DNA of 62,877 bases, the filler included, from Dimargaris cristalligena (taxonomy: Eukaryota), in the NCBI GenBank assembly GCA_003614675.1. It is 3 parts of 3 records of this genome, joined end to end, with 100 filler letters (N's around TTAATTAATTAA, not from the genome) between each part and the next. Parts side by side here need not be neighbours in the genome. Positions count along the whole stretch, not along the records: positions 42,011 to 62,877 come from ML002685.1; 2 more parts are not named here. The stretch is one strand, 5' to 3'. The position numbers were made by a program, and so were the translations under genes. Position 1 is the stretch's first letter, and each line of letters begins with the position of its first letter. Shown here piece by piece: positions 60,775 to 62,877 of the stretch. Below the pieces are notes generated by a model. It worked only from the letters and a program-made list of their open reading frames with translations. It was not told the DNA's origin and did no database searches.

Positions 60775-60912
60775 TGGGAGAAGTTCATTCAGGCTGTATA
60801 ATGAAAAATCCATTGGATAAGGCCAATATTACTGGTTAAACGTTATTCTCACATATATTCGCCCATACACGTATTGTGTAAAACCTTATACAGCTAGTTT
60901 GAATTTCTCCCA
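60775..60912 (+). mobile_element. 138-bp MITE, TA target site (Tc1/mariner-type non-autonomous element by inference)
   Basis: TIRs TGGGAGAAGTTCATTCAGGCTGTATAA / TTATACAGCTAGTTTGAATTTCTCCCA; TATA on both flanks; four related copies in the window. Confidence 0.9.
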
Positions 60913-61010
60913 TATAATTCCCAAGCATAGAGACGGAGAGAGCCCAGACCTCTCCGGTATACCCACTTGGATGGGGAGCTGTGGATCGGTCAGGTCCGGG
61001 ACCCGCAAGC

Positions 61011-62877
61011 TGTTGGAAATTCATTTCCCCCGTCCCACTGATTCCATCTCTGTGATTGGCTCGTCCTATACTTGGGACTTTACTATAGCCGTTACTATAT
61101 CATCCTATAACTGGAACTTCGTCCTAATCGTTATTACTGCTATTATTCAATTCAATAAAACCAACCATGGGCATCTAGCTTTGCCCCTTGCAGTTCTTTC
61201 TCTCTTCTTTGAATTGTTTTAGTTGTATCTGAAGGCACTTGCATTTACCATCAAACTTATATTTCCAACAGGTTATGAGCCCTGGTGTGTTTCAAATAAA
61301 CTAATCGTTTATACCTCAATCACAATATTCATTTACTATCCATCTACCAAACTGGATACTCATCTATCTACATTTCATTTTGAAATTCATTTATCTAACT
61401 ATCCATCTATTCATCCATCCATCCCTTTCAAGTATCAATCTACCTTACAACCTACTCTTACAATGAGTTCTAAACTTTCTAAACTTAACATCCAACCCCG
61501 TCAGTTTGATGGTGATAACTACACTGCTTGGGCCCTATCTATGCGCCTATACCTGCAATCATCTGATCTTTGGGAGATTGTAGAAGATGGTTACAAACCA
61601 ACCACCACTGATGATCCTAAAGGGAAAGCCTTAAACAAGCAGTACCTGAAGGATGATTAAATGGCTTCATTTATGCTCCATGCATCCATGAATGACCAGT
61701 ATGCGGACTCCCTCGATGGCAAACTGACGGCCAAAGAAATCTGGAAAACAATGGTGAATCGCTTCGCCAAACCACCTACGGCCAAAGTCCTAACTCTATA
61801 CTCTAAGTTATATTGAATCCATCAGGGAAACCAATCCATCTGTCAACTGGCCATGAAGATTCAATCTCTCAATGCGGAACTCAAGAAATACGACCTTACG
61901 AGTGACTAACAACTGACTCTCCTATTTCTACAGGCAGTGGATGAAAGATTCCACTTGACAGTCAGCCAATGGCATACCCGGGACCTGGACTCTTTTGTTT
62001 TCGACAGTGTAGTTCAATCATTTATCGAGGCAGAACAATTCCTGGCCAATCGGGAGGCGACACCGAAAACAATGTTCGAGTCCGCCATGACTGTAAAAAC
62101 TAACCCGGGCAAGTTTAAAGGTAAGAAGGGTAAGAGTAAGGGGGTTAAAAACACACAAAAAGAGGGTGATACCTCATACTGTGCTATTCATAAAACTAGT
62201 GGACACTCCACTGATGAATGTTTTCGAAACCCCCTGCATAAAGGGAAAAAGGAAAGCCAGGCTGAACAAGCCCAGCTAGTACTTAAAATTCCTGAACATG
62301 CACTCAAAGTGAAGGATGGCAAATATCCGAAGTCAACTTGGTTTATTGACTCGGGTGCATCCTACCACTATTGCCCTGATCGTACTTTATTTGATAATTA
62401 TGTACAAGAAACTCGCCATTTAATATTGGCAGATGGAAAAGAGTTATCAATCTTGGGTTATGGGACAGTCAAGCTTGACATCCTAGATCCATCCAATAAT
62501 ACTCGCTGATTAACCCTATATAATGTGGGCCACTGCCCCACTTTGGGTTATAATCTACTTTCTGTACCAGCCAGTGATGAGAGGGGAATTAAATTCACCT
62601 TCCATCAAGGCCGTTGTACCATTCAAGAGGGGAATACTCCCCTTCTCCAAGTCAACAAAATACACTCTTCATACCCTTTTTCAGTTAAATATCCTCATAC
62701 TTCAATGGCAAATTTAGCTATTGAAATTCCTAAACCTCCTTCCCTTTTGGAGGTCCATTATTCTCTTGGCCATATTAATTTCGATACCCTCAAGCAGGCT
62801 GCTAAAAATGGCATCATAAATGTTGACCAAAATTCTCTTTCTGATTATTTTAATTGTGAAGTTTGTATTTCAAACAA
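61011..62877 (+). mobile_element. Ty1/copia LTR retrotransposon, 5' part (LTR 61011-61270, PBS 61271-61282), runs off the window
   Basis: 260-bp LTR with perfect 10-bp inverted termini TGTTGGAAAT/ATTTCCAACA; PBS GGTTATGAGCCC; gag-protease-integrase order. Confidence 0.96.
61463..62877 (+). pseudogene. Copia gag-pol pseudogene with four in-frame stops and no frameshift
   Basis: FDGDNYTAW..LQSSDLWEIV (gag), TAKEIW, zinc knuckle CAIHKTSGHSTDEC, protease WFIDSGASYH, integrase N-terminal HYSLGH..CEVC, all in one frame interrupted by TAA/TGA. Confidence 0.93.

Overview
Eukaryotic, intron-containing fungal DNA, most consistent with an early-diverging fungus (inference: Zoopagomycota/Dimargaritales-like mycoparasite). 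It comprises three contigs joined by artificial 100-bp N44-TTAATTAATTAA-N44 linkers. Conserved genes: tRNA-Gly(GCC), a mitoribosomal Mrp49/mL61-like protein, GET2, an 8-exon SAMHD1-like dNTPase, an Spt23/Mga2-like factor lacking its C-terminal membrane anchor, two tandem GH5 exo-beta-1,3-glucanases, CLP1, a Zn2Cys6 factor with a 13-nt micro-exon, and a coiled-coil protein resembling Rab11-FIP3/Nuf. The gene-sparse, TE-containing stretches hold orphan secreted proteins. The most notable are two predicted secreted proteins with cytosolic ubiquitin-ligase-recruiting modules right after the signal peptide (an F-box at 14.9 kb; three PY motifs at 59.9 kb), suggesting effectors that hijack host SCF and Rsp5/Nedd4 ligases. 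There is also a Kex2-type Pro/Arg-rich peptide precursor. Mobile elements: a decayed Ty1/copia with half-tRNA-iMet-type PBS, its solo LTR (5-bp TSD), and a 138-bp TA-flanked MITE family, including an inverted dimer. All calls come from manual reading; no searches were run.
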